The notes under the pieces are model-generated. The model saw nothing but the letters and a program-made list of their open reading frames with translations. It did no database searches and was not told the DNA's origin. The translations under genes and the position numbers were made by a program. From Klebsiella phage EI, in the sequence record MN106245.1: a DNA stretch of 64,000 bases; one strand, given 5' to 3'. Each line of letters starts with the position of its first letter. The stretch's first letter is position 1. This document shows, in pieces, positions 9,951 through 18,660 of the stretch.

Positions 9951-10141
9951 TATTGTTTATGGCTTCCGTGCTCAGCGATTTTGCGGTCGCCTAAGAAGAT
10001 TTTGCACAGGCAGTTATCGTTGACTTCCGCGTACTGCTGGGCTACCCAGTGGACGTCAGGCCCGAAGATAGTTTTTTCGAAGCTGGAATGGTAGTGTTCG
10101 CCATCTATAGTGTACCACAGCATGATTAAGAACTTGTGCAT
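9950..10141 (-). CDS. hypothetical protein, 63 aa
   Basis: ORF track. Confidence 0.3.
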   Translation of the reverse strand: MHKFLIMLWYTIDGEHYHSSFEKTIFGPDVHWVAQQYAEVNDNCLCKIFLGDRKIAEHGSHKQ

Positions 10142-10209
10142 TTTGAACCCCTATTTGCTTTAGAATTTTTAACGGTATAATGGTTTCATGGATCTTTGGC
10201 TTCAGGCTA

Positions 10210-10812
10210 TTACCAGCTGATAAGTTCCAGATGAAGAATAGTATAATCCGTCGTGTTTGTATCTGGATTAGATTTATCTTCAATACGTAATATGCGGTAC
10301 GCTGCTTCCTTCGGAAGCATAAACTCGCACTCACCTTGAACCATATCTAACTTATCCTCGCGTTGATCTTCAGTTGACACCAAACCCATGTACTCTTCAT
10401 CAGGAGCACCAAGAAGAATATTAGTGATATCTTCTTGATAATTGTATGCCCACGGGCAGTTCTGTATGCTCAGAATCAGATTTGAATCATAATGCCATTT
10501 AGAAGCAAACTGCTTGGCAGTGGAGAAATCGGAGCTGAAGCTTGTAACACGTCCTAAAGTAAATGTATCACCTTCAGCTAGATTATAAAGTTTTTGCGCT
10601 TCAATCAGTGTCACCCCACGATACAATTCTGATGGTACCGTAGTAGACATGTGCTTACGTACTATTGGGTTCAGCCTGGAATGAATAAGTTCTTCATTCT
10701 TATCATTCAAACAAAGCCACAGAGTACTTTGCTCCATATCTGTGAATTTTTCTTCCACTTTAGACTGGATACTTTGACGAACTTTTTCTTCTGAACTGAT
10801 TTGGATAAGCAT
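10210..10812 (-). CDS. modA: ModA/ModB-like mono-ADP-ribosyltransferase, 200 aa
   Basis: R-S-ExE signature: ELYRG (Arg), SFSSDF (S-x-S), QGECEF (E-x-E); same length as T4 ModA; correct locus between dda and soc. Confidence 0.65.
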   Translation of the reverse strand: MLIQISSEEKVRQSIQSKVEEKFTDMEQSTLWLCLNDKNEELIHSRLNPIVRKHMSTTVPSELYRGVTLIEAQKLYNLAEGDTFTLGRVTSFSSDFSTAKQFASKWHYDSNLILSIQNCPWAYNYQEDITNILLGAPDEEYMGLVSTEDQREDKLDMVQGECEFMLPKEAAYRILRIEDKSNPDTNTTDYTILHLELISW

Positions 10813-10834
10813 GTTAGTATCTCCTGTTTGATGT

Positions 10835-10870
10835 AAAGAGATACTAACACGTTAAAAAGAGGATGTAAAC
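10835..10870 (-). promoter_or_regulatory. early promoter P3 (-35 GTTTACA, extended -10 TGtTAGTAT) upstream of modA
   Basis: GTTTAC revcomp at 10865-10870; different IR (TAGTATCTC/GAGATACTA) nearby. Confidence 0.5.
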
Positions 10871-10879
10871 ACCTTGGAT

Positions 10880-11068
10880 TTATTTCCAAGGTGCCCATGG
10901 CGGAGGGTCACGATAATATGAAGCCAGCTCTAACAAGGCGGCGGGAGGGAGATTTATTCCGTGTTTCTGTATGATCATATCAAGTTCGTTAATCAAGTCC
11001 TCAGGCGGCGATACAGGCTCTTGAGCGGCGGCCTCGAACATTTCAAACAGATCCATTACATAAACCAC
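10880..11068 (-). CDS. hypothetical protein, 62 aa
   Basis: ORF track. Confidence 0.3.
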   Translation of the reverse strand: MVYVMDLFEMFEAAAQEPVSPPEDLINELDMIIQKHGINLPPAALLELASYYRDPPPWAPWK

Positions 11069-11559
11069 TCTAACTTTTGGTGTTGACGGATAGCTGCAGC
11101 TTTTTCATAATCTTCTACAGCGCGTTTAAAGTTAGTAGATGGTACCCAGTCTGCAGCATCAGCATTCATATAGTTCCAGATCATCTTAGCAAAATACCGG
11201 ATATCATCAGGTGCTGTATTAAGAATAATCTTATTTCCTTTCTCAATAGTACCACTGCTATCGTAATCGAAAGGAGTTTCAAAGCAGCTGATATGTTTGT
11301 AGCCGTTCTTAATAAGAGCATCGTGAACACCCCATGGGCTACCTTTACGATAATTCACATCATACATGTGCATGATACGAACTTGCCCATATTCAATACT
11401 AGGCACCCAGCTTGTATCTAGGAATTTGTCAATTAAGACCCGGGCGTCGTCAGCATACATATTGTATAATGCCACATCAAAGGTTCGAATTGTATCTTCG
11501 ATACGCCCGTTTTTATCAGCTAAGCTAATACCGACTTTATAGATTTTTGCGTCTGCCAC
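11056..11559 (-). CDS. hypothetical protein, 167 aa
   Basis: ORF track; no clear motif. Confidence 0.45.
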   Translation of the reverse strand: MADAKIYKVGISLADKNGRIEDTIRTFDVALYNMYADDARVLIDKFLDTSWVPSIEYGQVRIMHMYDVNYRKGSPWGVHDALIKNGYKHISCFETPFDYDSSGTIEKGNKIILNTAPDDIRYFAKMIWNYMNADAADWVPSTNFKRAVEDYEKAAAIRQHQKLEWFM

Positions 11560-11821
11560 AATAGGCTCCTTCAGTCATTTTGTTTTCTTCAAACCACTTA
11601 TCATTCGCAGCCATTATAGCTGGTCCTGTCTTAAGCAGAAAAATCATTGCTCTGATACCTCTATACCAGGCGTCAAAGTTGGTTTTCTTAAGTGGGCTTT
11701 TGTAGATCGCGTGTTGATAATTAGGCTTAGTCGCAACTAACTGAGCCTGAGTCACAACTGGAGTAACTGCTACCAGAGTCATATGAACTTCCTGCATAAA
11801 CTGCTGCCGCCGTAGCAGCAA
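11537..11821 (-). CDS. hypothetical protein, 94 aa (start uncertain; overlaps upstream ORF by ~95 nt in other frame)
   Basis: ORF track. Confidence 0.3.
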   Translation of the reverse strand: MLLRRQQFMQEVHMTLVAVTPVVTQAQLVATKPNYQHAIYKSPLKKTNFDAWYRGIRAMIFLLKTGPAIMAANDKWFEENKMTEGAYCGRRKNL

Positions 11822-12122
11822 TTATTGGGGTAGAATCAACGTAGTGTGAAGTATAATTAGAGCTAGAACTAGAACCGGACAAAGGAACCATACTATTCCG
11901 GTTACGCTTTCTGGCCTGTTCCGCCTCTTCTTGGATTTTCTTAAATCTAGAGGCATTAGCAATAGTCACTTCATCTAAAGCTTTTTGTAATGGGGTACGA
12001 GGGTCTTTAATAACCTCTTCCATCATGCCATCACCGACATAAACATATTCACGCTCTTTAATGAATGTCTGCTTTTCAGGAACAGGCCGTGGTGCAAATA
12101 AATTCTTTAACCAATTAATCAT
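11727..12122 (-). CDS. hypothetical protein, 131 aa, Ser/Ala/Tyr-rich low-complexity C-terminus
   Basis: ORF track; ATG 12122 overlaps TGA of upstream small ORF. Confidence 0.35.
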   Translation of the reverse strand: MINWLKNLFAPRPVPEKQTFIKEREYVYVGDGMMEEVIKDPRTPLQKALDEVTIANASRFKKIQEEAEQARKRNRNSMVPLSGSSSSSNYTSHYVDSTPIIAATAAAVYAGSSYDSGSSYSSCDSGSVSCD

Positions 12123-12292
12123 GGAATCACCAGATATTTGTTAGCTAGTTCAATAACTTCCTTTTCACTGTACTTGATAAGTTTCTTCTTTGCTTTATTA
12201 TTGCGATCCTTTTCTAAAGCATCCCAGAAATCTTGGCCGGGAGATTTCTCGTTGGCCAGCGACCAATCTAAGAATCGTTTAATCCAATTCAT
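12119..12292 (-). CDS. hypothetical small protein, 57 aa (below track cutoff)
   Basis: MNWIKRFLDWSLANEKSPGQDFWDALEKD..; ATGA overlaps both neighbours. Confidence 0.3.
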   Translation of the reverse strand: MNWIKRFLDWSLANEKSPGQDFWDALEKDRNNKAKKKLIKYSEKEVIELANKYLVIP

Positions 12293-12534
12293 ACACGGAA
12301 GGTCTCAAACGAAATATGGGTTATTTTACGCTTGCCTTTAGAGAACATCCAGTACTGGACCTCAATAGAAGCTTCAAGAGATGTACCTACTTCACGGTAA
12401 GCATGGGTAATAACATCAAAATAACAAAAAGACTCTTTATCTTGGAGCAAGGTGTAATGACGCTCAATTAGTTCATTAATACCGCCGCAGTCACCAATAG
12501 GTTTACGCCATGGTGTACTTTTAACCATCTTCAT
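12289..12534 (-). CDS. hypothetical protein, 81 aa
   Basis: ORF track. Confidence 0.4.
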   Translation of the reverse strand: MKMVKSTPWRKPIGDCGGINELIERHYTLLQDKESFCYFDVITHAYREVGTSLEASIEVQYWMFSKGKRKITHISFETFRV

Positions 12535-12572
12535 TTCCTCATGTTGTTTTAAGTATTCTACCTACTCTACTA

Positions 12573-12603
12573 AAAGCAAAAAAGGACTCCCGAAGGAGTC
12601 CTT
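12573..12603 (-). terminator. rho-independent terminator downstream of soc (AAGGACTCC-ttcg-GGAGTCCTT + TTTTTTGCTTTT)
   Basis: 9-bp stem, tetraloop, U-tract on minus strand. Confidence 0.7.
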
Positions 12604-12607
12604 AATA

Positions 12608-12844
12608 TTATACCTCGCTATCAGCCGGGACGGCTTCAAACATTTTCGCATTGGCAGTAGCCCAAGCCGCTGCATCATCAATTACTGTAGAATAAGCAGG
12701 CTTTTCAGACGGGAAAGTTTGATACCGAGCATCAGCAATGCGGTGCGAGTTAGAGTATACCTTAAAATCAACCGATACCTCAATGCCTTTAACTTCGCCA
12801 CCGGCTACGGTATGATCAAAAGTTTTAATATTTACATAAGCCAT
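12608..12844 (-). CDS. soc: small outer capsid protein Soc, 78 aa
   Basis: YVNIKTF..HYQTFPSEK.AYSTV matches recalled T4 Soc; late promoter upstream, terminator downstream. Confidence 0.7.
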   Translation of the reverse strand: MAYVNIKTFDHTVAGGEVKGIEVSVDFKVYSNSHRIADARYQTFPSEKPAYSTVIDDAAAWATANAKMFEAVPADSEV

Positions 12845-12867
12845 ATTATACCCCTTTGTGATTAATA

Positions 12868-13083
12868 TCAGGAATATTTATAACTCATTTTTACTAACTC
12901 TTTTAGGAGCTCTTCATTGGCTTCATCAACCGCAATACGGAACACCTCATTTAAAGGGTCTAATGCTTTTAAGATTTCTCGGTCGATTTCACGAGTAATT
13001 TCTTCTTGAAGGACCTTTACTAAGGCCCTTTCTTTTTGTTTTCTTTTTATTTTTAAACGGCGCTTAGATATTCTTGCAGCCAT
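12868..13083 (-). CDS. hypothetical basic/acidic helical protein, 71 aa
   Basis: ORF track; ATGA overlap with gene 56. Confidence 0.4.
   Translation of the reverse strand: MAARISKRRLKIKRKQKERALVKVLQEEITREIDREILKALDPLNEVFRIAVDEANEELLKELVKMSYKYS
12875..12882 (-). promoter_or_regulatory. T4-type late promoter TATAAATA for soc
   Basis: plus-strand TATTTATA = minus TATAAATA ~30 nt upstream of soc ATG. Confidence 0.55.
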
Positions 13084-13601
13084 TAGTAACCACGGTCTTG
13101 TCGGGCAAAGTTTTCAGCATTTTTCAGATAGTACAGTTTGAAGATCTCTTCGGCCGTCATACCAAGACCCTGGAACATGTTCAGAACGAAATGTAGAATA
13201 TCGATCATTTCGAATTTAATTTCAAGTTGGTCTTCAGGAGACAGTTCGCTAATCAAAGTATTACGGCGTTCAGCATGTTGGGCTTTCCAAGGTTTCCAGA
13301 CTGCAGAGGCATCTTTCTCGCCGTTAGACATGCCACCTAATGAAGTCAGAAGTTCACGGAACTCGTCGTCAATGTAGTCTTTCTGATTGCGAAGCCAATC
13401 AACTACATCGCCAGCACGTGCTAATGCATCAGGATGAGCATTATGCTCAGGTTTATCAATAGCCAGACGGACCTGGAGAGATTTTTGCATATCAAGCATA
13501 ACCTGCAAAGCGTCTTGTTTATTAACCCACAAGTCATAGTAAGCTTCTTGGGCTTTATCAACGCCGTCAATCAGTTGAGAACATTCATTAAAATGTGCCA
13601 T
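13083..13601 (-). CDS. 56: dCTP pyrophosphatase (dCTPase/dUTPase, MazG-like), 172 aa
   Basis: Length and MazG-like all-alpha NTP-PPase features match T4 gp56; locus between soc and 61. Confidence 0.75.
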   Translation of the reverse strand: MAHFNECSQLIDGVDKAQEAYYDLWVNKQDALQVMLDMQKSLQVRLAIDKPEHNAHPDALARAGDVVDWLRNQKDYIDDEFRELLTSLGGMSNGEKDASAVWKPWKAQHAERRNTLISELSPEDQLEIKFEMIDILHFVLNMFQGLGMTAEEIFKLYYLKNAENFARQDRGY

Positions 13602-13602
13602 T

Positions 13603-13640
13603 TTATTCCTTTCAGTTCAGGTGGTAAGTAGAGTAATTAT
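13603..13640 (-). promoter_or_regulatory. candidate middle/early promoter with -10 TATATAAT and conserved leader TTACTCTAC (shared with uvsX upstream)
   Basis: minus strand TGAGTATATAATTACTCTAC; near-identical 20-mer at 20211-20235. Confidence 0.35.
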
Positions 13641-13644
13641 ATAC

Positions 13645-14397
13645 TCACTTCTTTTTAGCGTTTTCGAAGAATTCTTCAGTCAAACGCCGGTTTTCTTTTT
13701 CTTTTTCTAACCGAGCTTCTTCTTTCTTAAAGAGAACTTTACATGCATCTCGGAAAGAAGCCTCATCTTCTGGGGTTTCAACAAACACTGTATTCATGTT
13801 TGCTAAACCTATTACAACGGCTTCTTTGTTTGCATCAAGCCAAGCAACGTCTTTCATAGGAGCTGTGCGGTAAACTTCAGATTCGATCTGTTTAAATTGA
13901 TCATAAGCCATTTTTACGTTACAACGATCTAAATAAGCATCGCCAAACTTTTCTAAAACTTCTAAAGAAACTCTGTATCCGTCAGCTTCAATATAGCCTT
14001 TGGCGACGTGTTCTTTTAAGTTGTCTACTACGGATTTAGGCTTAGGCTTAGTTTCTTTAACTTCTTTCATTGGCTCTTTAGGCCCTTTATCCACTACAGT
14101 GTATGCGTACTTTTCATTATTGGCAAGTTCTTCTATACGAGAAGCATACACGTAAGCTAGGCCTTCCACGCTAGTTTGCTTGTTTCTGACGTTTTTAATC
14201 CAAGCCCGCTGGTCTTCAACGGGCTTTTCTTCGATTGCACTATAAACCTTGTTAAGGCTCGAATCCAGCTCAGAAACTAACGCATCCGAACAAATCAGCT
14301 TTTCTACTTTAGACGAAGCTTTAGAGCAATCAAACGAAGCAGCTTGGGCCGAAAAAGAAGCAATGGTTAAAGCAACTGCAGTTAAGATAATTTTCAT
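13645..14397 (-). CDS. secreted/periplasmic protein with LprI/DUF1311-like N-domain (lysozyme-inhibitor fold), 250 aa
   Basis: Signal peptide MKIILTAVALTIASFSAQA; CSKASS.VEKLICSD.L..LD..LN.VY....QRAWIKNVRNKQ pattern typical of LprI domain. Confidence 0.5.
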   Translation of the reverse strand: MKIILTAVALTIASFSAQAASFDCSKASSKVEKLICSDALVSELDSSLNKVYSAIEEKPVEDQRAWIKNVRNKQTSVEGLAYVYASRIEELANNEKYAYTVVDKGPKEPMKEVKETKPKPKSVVDNLKEHVAKGYIEADGYRVSLEVLEKFGDAYLDRCNVKMAYDQFKQIESEVYRTAPMKDVAWLDANKEAVVIGLANMNTVFVETPEDEASFRDACKVLFKKEEARLEKEKENRRLTEEFFENAKKK

Positions 14398-14414
14398 GAG
14401 GGTCTTCTCCTTTA

Positions 14415-14459
14415 GTGTGTAAGAGCAGCACTATATCATGCTCTTACAACGCTGTAAAC
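14415..14459 (-). promoter_or_regulatory. early promoter/stem-loop cassette P4 (IR GTGTAAGAGCA/TGCTCTTACAAC)
   Basis: GTTTAC revcomp 14454-14459; IR brackets -10. Confidence 0.55.
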
Positions 14460-14462
14460 TGT

Positions 14463-14744
14463 TTATTGGACGAACCCTAAGTTTTTAGAGATTTCTCGGT
14501 ACCGAGCCATTTTATCTACCTTAGCCCTCGTAGCATATGCATCTTCTGTGAACCTGAAATCAGTTTCTAAGGTCAAATTTAGAACAGCCCCTAGAATATC
14601 ATTGAGTTCTTCAGTCAGACGTTCTCTGTTGGTCTTACCGGCATATTCAGAGTCGAAGCCGAACTGCATAATCTTAGAGCAAATCTGAGCTACTTCATTG
14701 CACTCTTCTGATAGCTTAAGAAGAGCGTGTTGTGTACTATTCAT
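14463..14744 (-). CDS. hypothetical protein, 93 aa; possible small MazG/HisE-like NTP pyrophosphohydrolase
   Basis: LSEECNEV..ERLTEELNDILGAVLNL resembles MazG-like helix pair (weak). Confidence 0.35.
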   Translation of the reverse strand: MNSTQHALLKLSEECNEVAQICSKIMQFGFDSEYAGKTNRERLTEELNDILGAVLNLTLETDFRFTEDAYATRAKVDKMARYREISKNLGFVQ

Positions 14745-14746
14745 CT

Positions 14747-14754
14747 ATAAATAC
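14747..14754 (+). promoter_or_regulatory. plus-strand late promoter TATAAATA
   Basis: Exact TATAAATA followed 8 nt later by AGGAGGA SD and ATG 14773. Confidence 0.5.
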
Positions 14755-14772
14755 CTTTAACAGGAGGATAAC

Positions 14773-14973
14773 ATGGGAACATTATTTTATCAAATTTGGA
14801 AATTATCGGATAAAAGGGACAGGGAATTGATGGTAGGCTTCCTTGCCTTAGATGTATTCCTTTGGAACCTTTTGGTGGTCCCTATAGCAGCTACCCAAGG
14901 AGTGATACTCCCACAAGTTACTGTGGAGCACGTGCTGAGTATTATAAACTTTTTTGCCGGAGTTATAGATTAA
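14773..14973 (+). CDS. small hydrophobic (membrane) protein, 66 aa; only convincing plus-strand gene in window
   Basis: Late promoter + strong SD AGGAGG + ATG; TM-like LALDVFLWNLLVVPIAATQGVIL. Confidence 0.45.
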   Translation: MGTLFYQIWKLSDKRDRELMVGFLALDVFLWNLLVVPIAATQGVILPQVTVEHVLSIINFFAGVID

Positions 14974-15989
14974 ACTTTAGCATAACGACTTAACCTCATT
15001 TTAGCCATTAGCCCAGAAGCAATATTCGTATTCAGATATTTGAGTATTTCTTCAGGTGTAGCCCCTTCGTCCTTAATCATATCATTGATATCTTTAGATG
15101 CCCAAGGAGCATTGTCCCAGAACACGACACGTTCGCCAGCTTCTACCAACCTCTTCATACGTTTAATGGTATCCTCATGTCGAGGTTCATTATCCATAAT
15201 CCAAGCACGGTTCTCTTTAAAAGGAACCGTGTTCAAATCCATAGACCCGCCTGTAATAGCAATAGCATTATGTACAAACAATGAATCTATTGGTCCTTCC
15301 ATGACCCATACGAGTCTTGACTCATCCACTGTATCGAGCCCGTAGATTTTAGTTGCGTGTTCGTGTGCTTTGATTGTGATGTATTTCTGCGGAGCATCTT
15401 TTCGAAGTGCACGTCCTTGAAATGACTCGATGTCTCCTCGGGCGTTGAAGATTGGGATAACCAAGCGCGGTTCGCTCTTTTCATCTTTATATGTTCCTGG
15501 ATTAACTGAGTTAACAAGAGCAGGCCATTCCATAGTAAACCACAAACGTTTCCAGTTTACTTCAGGAATGCAGCGGGCCTTAACATACTTAACAATAGGG
15601 TGATCGGCTGGTAATCTATCCAGACGCTCACAATTTGGCAACTTCTCAATCACAGGCATCTTTGCTTTAATCTTTTCAGAGATAGATGGGGCCTTTTTCT
15701 CCCTATACATGTTCTCTTTACGACGTTCTAGCAAGAATTCACGGTACAGCATTTCATCGGTTTCTTTAAGGAACTTGGTGAACCAAGCCTTGTAGTCACA
15801 GTTGAAACATCCCACGCGTAGTCCACCCTCTACTTCAAAGCACCAAAAACGAGCTTTCATCTGGTTCTTCTGAGAGTCCCCGCATATAGGACAACGACAG
15901 TTTAATTTAAAAGTACTTCCTGGGAGTTTTCGGTAACGAGGCAGAACAGACAATGCCCGTTCTGCAAATTCATAGTCAACAAAGTTCAT
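14970..15989 (-). CDS. 61: DNA primase gp61 (zinc-binding + TOPRIM), 339 aa
   Basis: CRCPICGDS..CFNCDY zinc motif, PRLVIPIF..FQGRAL, colinear with recalled T4 gp61. Confidence 0.85.
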   Translation of the reverse strand: MNFVDYEFAERALSVLPRYRKLPGSTFKLNCRCPICGDSQKNQMKARFWCFEVEGGLRVGCFNCDYKAWFTKFLKETDEMLYREFLLERRKENMYREKKAPSISEKIKAKMPVIEKLPNCERLDRLPADHPIVKYVKARCIPEVNWKRLWFTMEWPALVNSVNPGTYKDEKSEPRLVIPIFNARGDIESFQGRALRKDAPQKYITIKAHEHATKIYGLDTVDESRLVWVMEGPIDSLFVHNAIAITGGSMDLNTVPFKENRAWIMDNEPRHEDTIKRMKRLVEAGERVVFWDNAPWASKDINDMIKDEGATPEEILKYLNTNIASGLMAKMRLSRYAKV

Positions 15990-16023
15990 ATTTACCTCTT
16001 GGAGTTATTATATCACTCTTCAG

Positions 16024-16180
16024 AAGGCTTATCTTTGCGCTTTTTCTGAGAAAGGGTTTCAGGGCCCTTATTGACAACATCACCAGTTGTTGTGCCGGAA
16101 GCGATGTTGGTTGGAGAGCCGCCAGAATCGCCGGCGACCATTTCGGATAAAGATTGTTTGTACTTTTCAAGTAAAGTCAT
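16024..16180 (-). CDS. hypothetical small protein ~57 aa (MTLLEKYKQSLSEMVAGDSGGSP...)
   Basis: ATG 16180 behind strong SD AAGGAGAAG; preferred over track ORF 15976..16170 which lacks SD. Confidence 0.3.
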
Positions 16181-16204
16181 GTAGCTTCTCCTTAAATGTT
16201 TTAT

Positions 16205-16495
16205 TTATAGCCCGATAACGTCGCAGTGGATTCCTTCCCAAGAATTCTCAAATTCCTGCCGTTGAATTATCTGTTCCCAGTCCTTTCGGAAAGCCCGGCG
16301 CATTTTTCTCAGTTGTCGCTTTGTAGGTTTACAGACAAATGTCTCAGACAGAACGTGTCCAAAGACAACTTTATCTGTGCTTCCACGGTCTAATACTACT
16401 TCCCAGTGAGCGTCAGACATAATAGGACGCTTAGTGTAGAGGCCAGAAATACAAGCCTTGTGGTACATAATATAAGTTCTCATAATCCAATCCAC
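16205..16495 (-). CDS. hypothetical protein, ~92-96 aa
   Basis: ORF track. Confidence 0.4.
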   Translation of the reverse strand: MDWIMRTYIMYHKACISGLYTKRPIMSDAHWEVVLDRGSTDKVVFGHVLSETFVCKPTKRQLRKMRRAFRKDWEQIIQRQEFENSWEGIHCDVIGL

Positions 16496-16761
16496 TCTAA
16501 AGTTTCTTTAGCACTAAGGTTTTCACAGAAAAGATTAGTTGCGGCTACAACTATCTCCCCGTTATTGATGTTTTTGATCTGGGTTAATTGATTTTTATCA
16601 GCGGCTTTTTCTAACTCTTTTATAACTACACCTCGTAGCACAGACATATCAGAAGATATGGCTAACTCGCACAGCGGAGAACTGTAGTCAGCTTTGGCAA
16701 AGGCCGGCTGTGCGCCACAGGCAGAAAGAGCGAAAATTAAAGAAAGAATAGCTTTTTTCAT
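16480..16761 (-). CDS. sp: spackle-like periplasmic protein (superinfection exclusion; inhibitor of gp5 lysozyme), 93 aa
   Basis: MKKAILSLIFALSACGAQPAFA signal peptide and size resemble recalled T4 Sp (61.3); adjacent to gene 61 as in T4. Confidence 0.5.
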   Translation of the reverse strand: MKKAILSLIFALSACGAQPAFAKADYSSPLCELAISSDMSVLRGVVIKELEKAADKNQLTQIKNINNGEIVVAATNLFCENLSAKETLEWIGL

Positions 16762-16783
16762 TACATTTTCCTCAAAATTAAGC

Positions 16784-17158
16784 TTATTCTACATCTAAAA
16801 GAGGTACGTCTGCACGAGAGTCCCGATCAAGGTTTCCGTCCTGGTCTGCCCACCATCCACAGACACGAACTTCAGAGTTCTCGTGTTTATACAGCTGCCG
16901 AACAAACACAGCTTTAGATTTCCCTTTTACTTTAACAGGAAAACCGTAGCGAATTTCTGGGCGGGTAAGATAATGGTAAGCACACTCGTACCCATCTAAC
17001 ACAAAGCCATTAGCCGAAAGACCTAAATTAATGAAAGCTCTTCCATTATACTTTTCTAAGTACTTGTTAGGAACTTTTTCTTGTTCACTAACATTATAAA
17101 GCCCGCCTTTTACTAAAGTAGCATCTTTATACCCAGGATAAGAATTTTCGTAGTTCAT
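16784..17158 (-). CDS. hypothetical protein, 124 aa
   Basis: ORF track; promoter cassette P5 upstream. Confidence 0.45.
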   Translation of the reverse strand: MNYENSYPGYKDATLVKGGLYNVSEQEKVPNKYLEKYNGRAFINLGLSANGFVLDGYECAYHYLTRPEIRYGFPVKVKGKSKAVFVRQLYKHENSEVRVCGWWADQDGNLDRDSRADVPLLDVE

Positions 17159-17177
17159 GTCAGTTCCTCACTTTGTT

Positions 17178-17218
17178 TGTGTAGAAGCATAGTATCATGC
17201 TCCTACACAGATGTAAAC
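17178..17218 (-). promoter_or_regulatory. early promoter/stem-loop cassette P5 (IR GTGTAGAAGCAT/ATGCTCCTACAC)
   Basis: minus: GTTTACA-tctg-TGTAGGAGCATG-ATACTAT-GCTTCTACAC. Confidence 0.6.
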
Positions 17219-18651
17219 TAGAATTTTAAATCTTCTGCCAGCTTATCAAGGTCAGCTCGTGATGAAACCTTTTTCTGTTGATTATCAGCGGCTTGCTTCA
17301 TCTGAGTGCCTTGGGCTTCACGCTGGGTATTAGTGTGAGACGGTCCACCTTCTTGGGCAATTTCTACCCACCGTTGGTTGCCTTTGCGAACGCCCATATT
17401 GAACTTGTTGTAGATGTTTTTATCACCATAACGAGATTTAATCTGTTTGATTAACTGTTGCTTCATCTCGGCTAGTTCAGGCGTTTCTATTACGGCCAGC
17501 ATAAAGTCTGCTGTAGCAGGTAGGCCTGCTGATTCTGCAACATCTGACATGTCAATATCACTCGAGTCCCAAGCACTACGACCGGTCTGAGCCGCTGACC
17601 ATACAGCTGTCTCGGTTTCAACTGCTAAACCACGAAGTTCTTCAGCAATTGCTTTAACTAAGGTATAGCTGTTTTCAGTGTACTGCTTAATACGGCAAGA
17701 AGCACAGATACCTAAGTAGTCGATAATGATGATTGTCGGGACGAAGTTCTTTTTAAGTTTCAGTTCATTTAATAACGCGCGGAAGTTATTGGCTGAAGCA
17801 CCACCAGTAGGGTATTGCTTGATAATCAAACGACCTAGAGTGGAGGTCTTACGCCATCTTTCCATCTTGGCTTTATATTCAGAGTATGATACACAGCCAT
17901 CATCAATATCATCAAGTGATACATCAAGAAGGTTAGCATCGATACGCTTAGCACATACTTCTTCGGCCATCTCCATGGAGATATAAAGGACATTATGACC
18001 AGTCTGAAGATAATCTGCAGCCAATGAACAAAGACCAAGAGACTTACCTACGTTGACCCCTGCCATCAAAATATTCAATGTGCCCGTTTCAACACCACCT
18101 TTGGTAATTTTGTTCAGGATACCCAGTTTAAATGGAATCTTACGAGATTTGTTTTGGTAAGCCAACCAACGAGCTTCATAGTCATCCATCCAGTCATGGC
18201 CTATATAACTATCGAAAGATACTGATAAGGCTTCACGCATGATGTCTGGAATGGCACCTAAACCAGGCAGACGTTTATCACGTTGCTTTTCGTCTAATTG
18301 GTCATTAGCCTGGATTTCAATAATTCGAGAAGTAGCATTATACATTGCCTTTTCTTGAACATATTTTTCTGTCTCTTTGGTGAGCCAGTTTAAATCTTCA
18401 GGAGCATCTGTAAGTTTAGATAGAAGTTCTTTAGCACCGCTCAATTCCACATCCGACATAGAAGACTTGTCTAATGCGATATTAACCGCAGTCTTCGACG
18501 GGATTCCATTATATTCATTAACATGGTGATGAATAGTCTTAAACAAAGTAAGAGCTGGGCCTCGTTCAAAATATTCATCTTTCATGTAAGGCCATACTTT
18601 ATTAAAGAAAGCCTGATTGAAAAGCAAATTAGCTAAAATTGTTTCTACCAC
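17218..18651 (-). CDS. 41: replicative DNA helicase gp41 (DnaB family), 477 aa
   Basis: NILMAGVNVGKSLG Walker A, IIIIDYLG, DnaB-like N-domain; T4 length match. Confidence 0.9.
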   Translation of the reverse strand: MVETILANLLFNQAFFNKVWPYMKDEYFERGPALTLFKTIHHHVNEYNGIPSKTAVNIALDKSSMSDVELSGAKELLSKLTDAPEDLNWLTKETEKYVQEKAMYNATSRIIEIQANDQLDEKQRDKRLPGLGAIPDIMREALSVSFDSYIGHDWMDDYEARWLAYQNKSRKIPFKLGILNKITKGGVETGTLNILMAGVNVGKSLGLCSLAADYLQTGHNVLYISMEMAEEVCAKRIDANLLDVSLDDIDDGCVSYSEYKAKMERWRKTSTLGRLIIKQYPTGGASANNFRALLNELKLKKNFVPTIIIIDYLGICASCRIKQYTENSYTLVKAIAEELRGLAVETETAVWSAAQTGRSAWDSSDIDMSDVAESAGLPATADFMLAVIETPELAEMKQQLIKQIKSRYGDKNIYNKFNMGVRKGNQRWVEIAQEGGPSHTNTQREAQGTQMKQAADNQQKKVSSRADLDKLAEDLKF

Positions 18652-18660
18652 ATTGACCTC

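Noticed and set aside
12138-12341. 67-aa plus-strand ORF
   Set aside because: Antisense to a 57-aa minus ORF that is ATGA-coupled to both neighbours; no plus-strand signals
15976-16170. 64-aa minus ORF from track upstream of gene 61
   Set aside because: No SD before its ATG; an alternative 57-aa frame starting at 16180 has a strong AAGGAGAAG SD and fits the compact arrangement better
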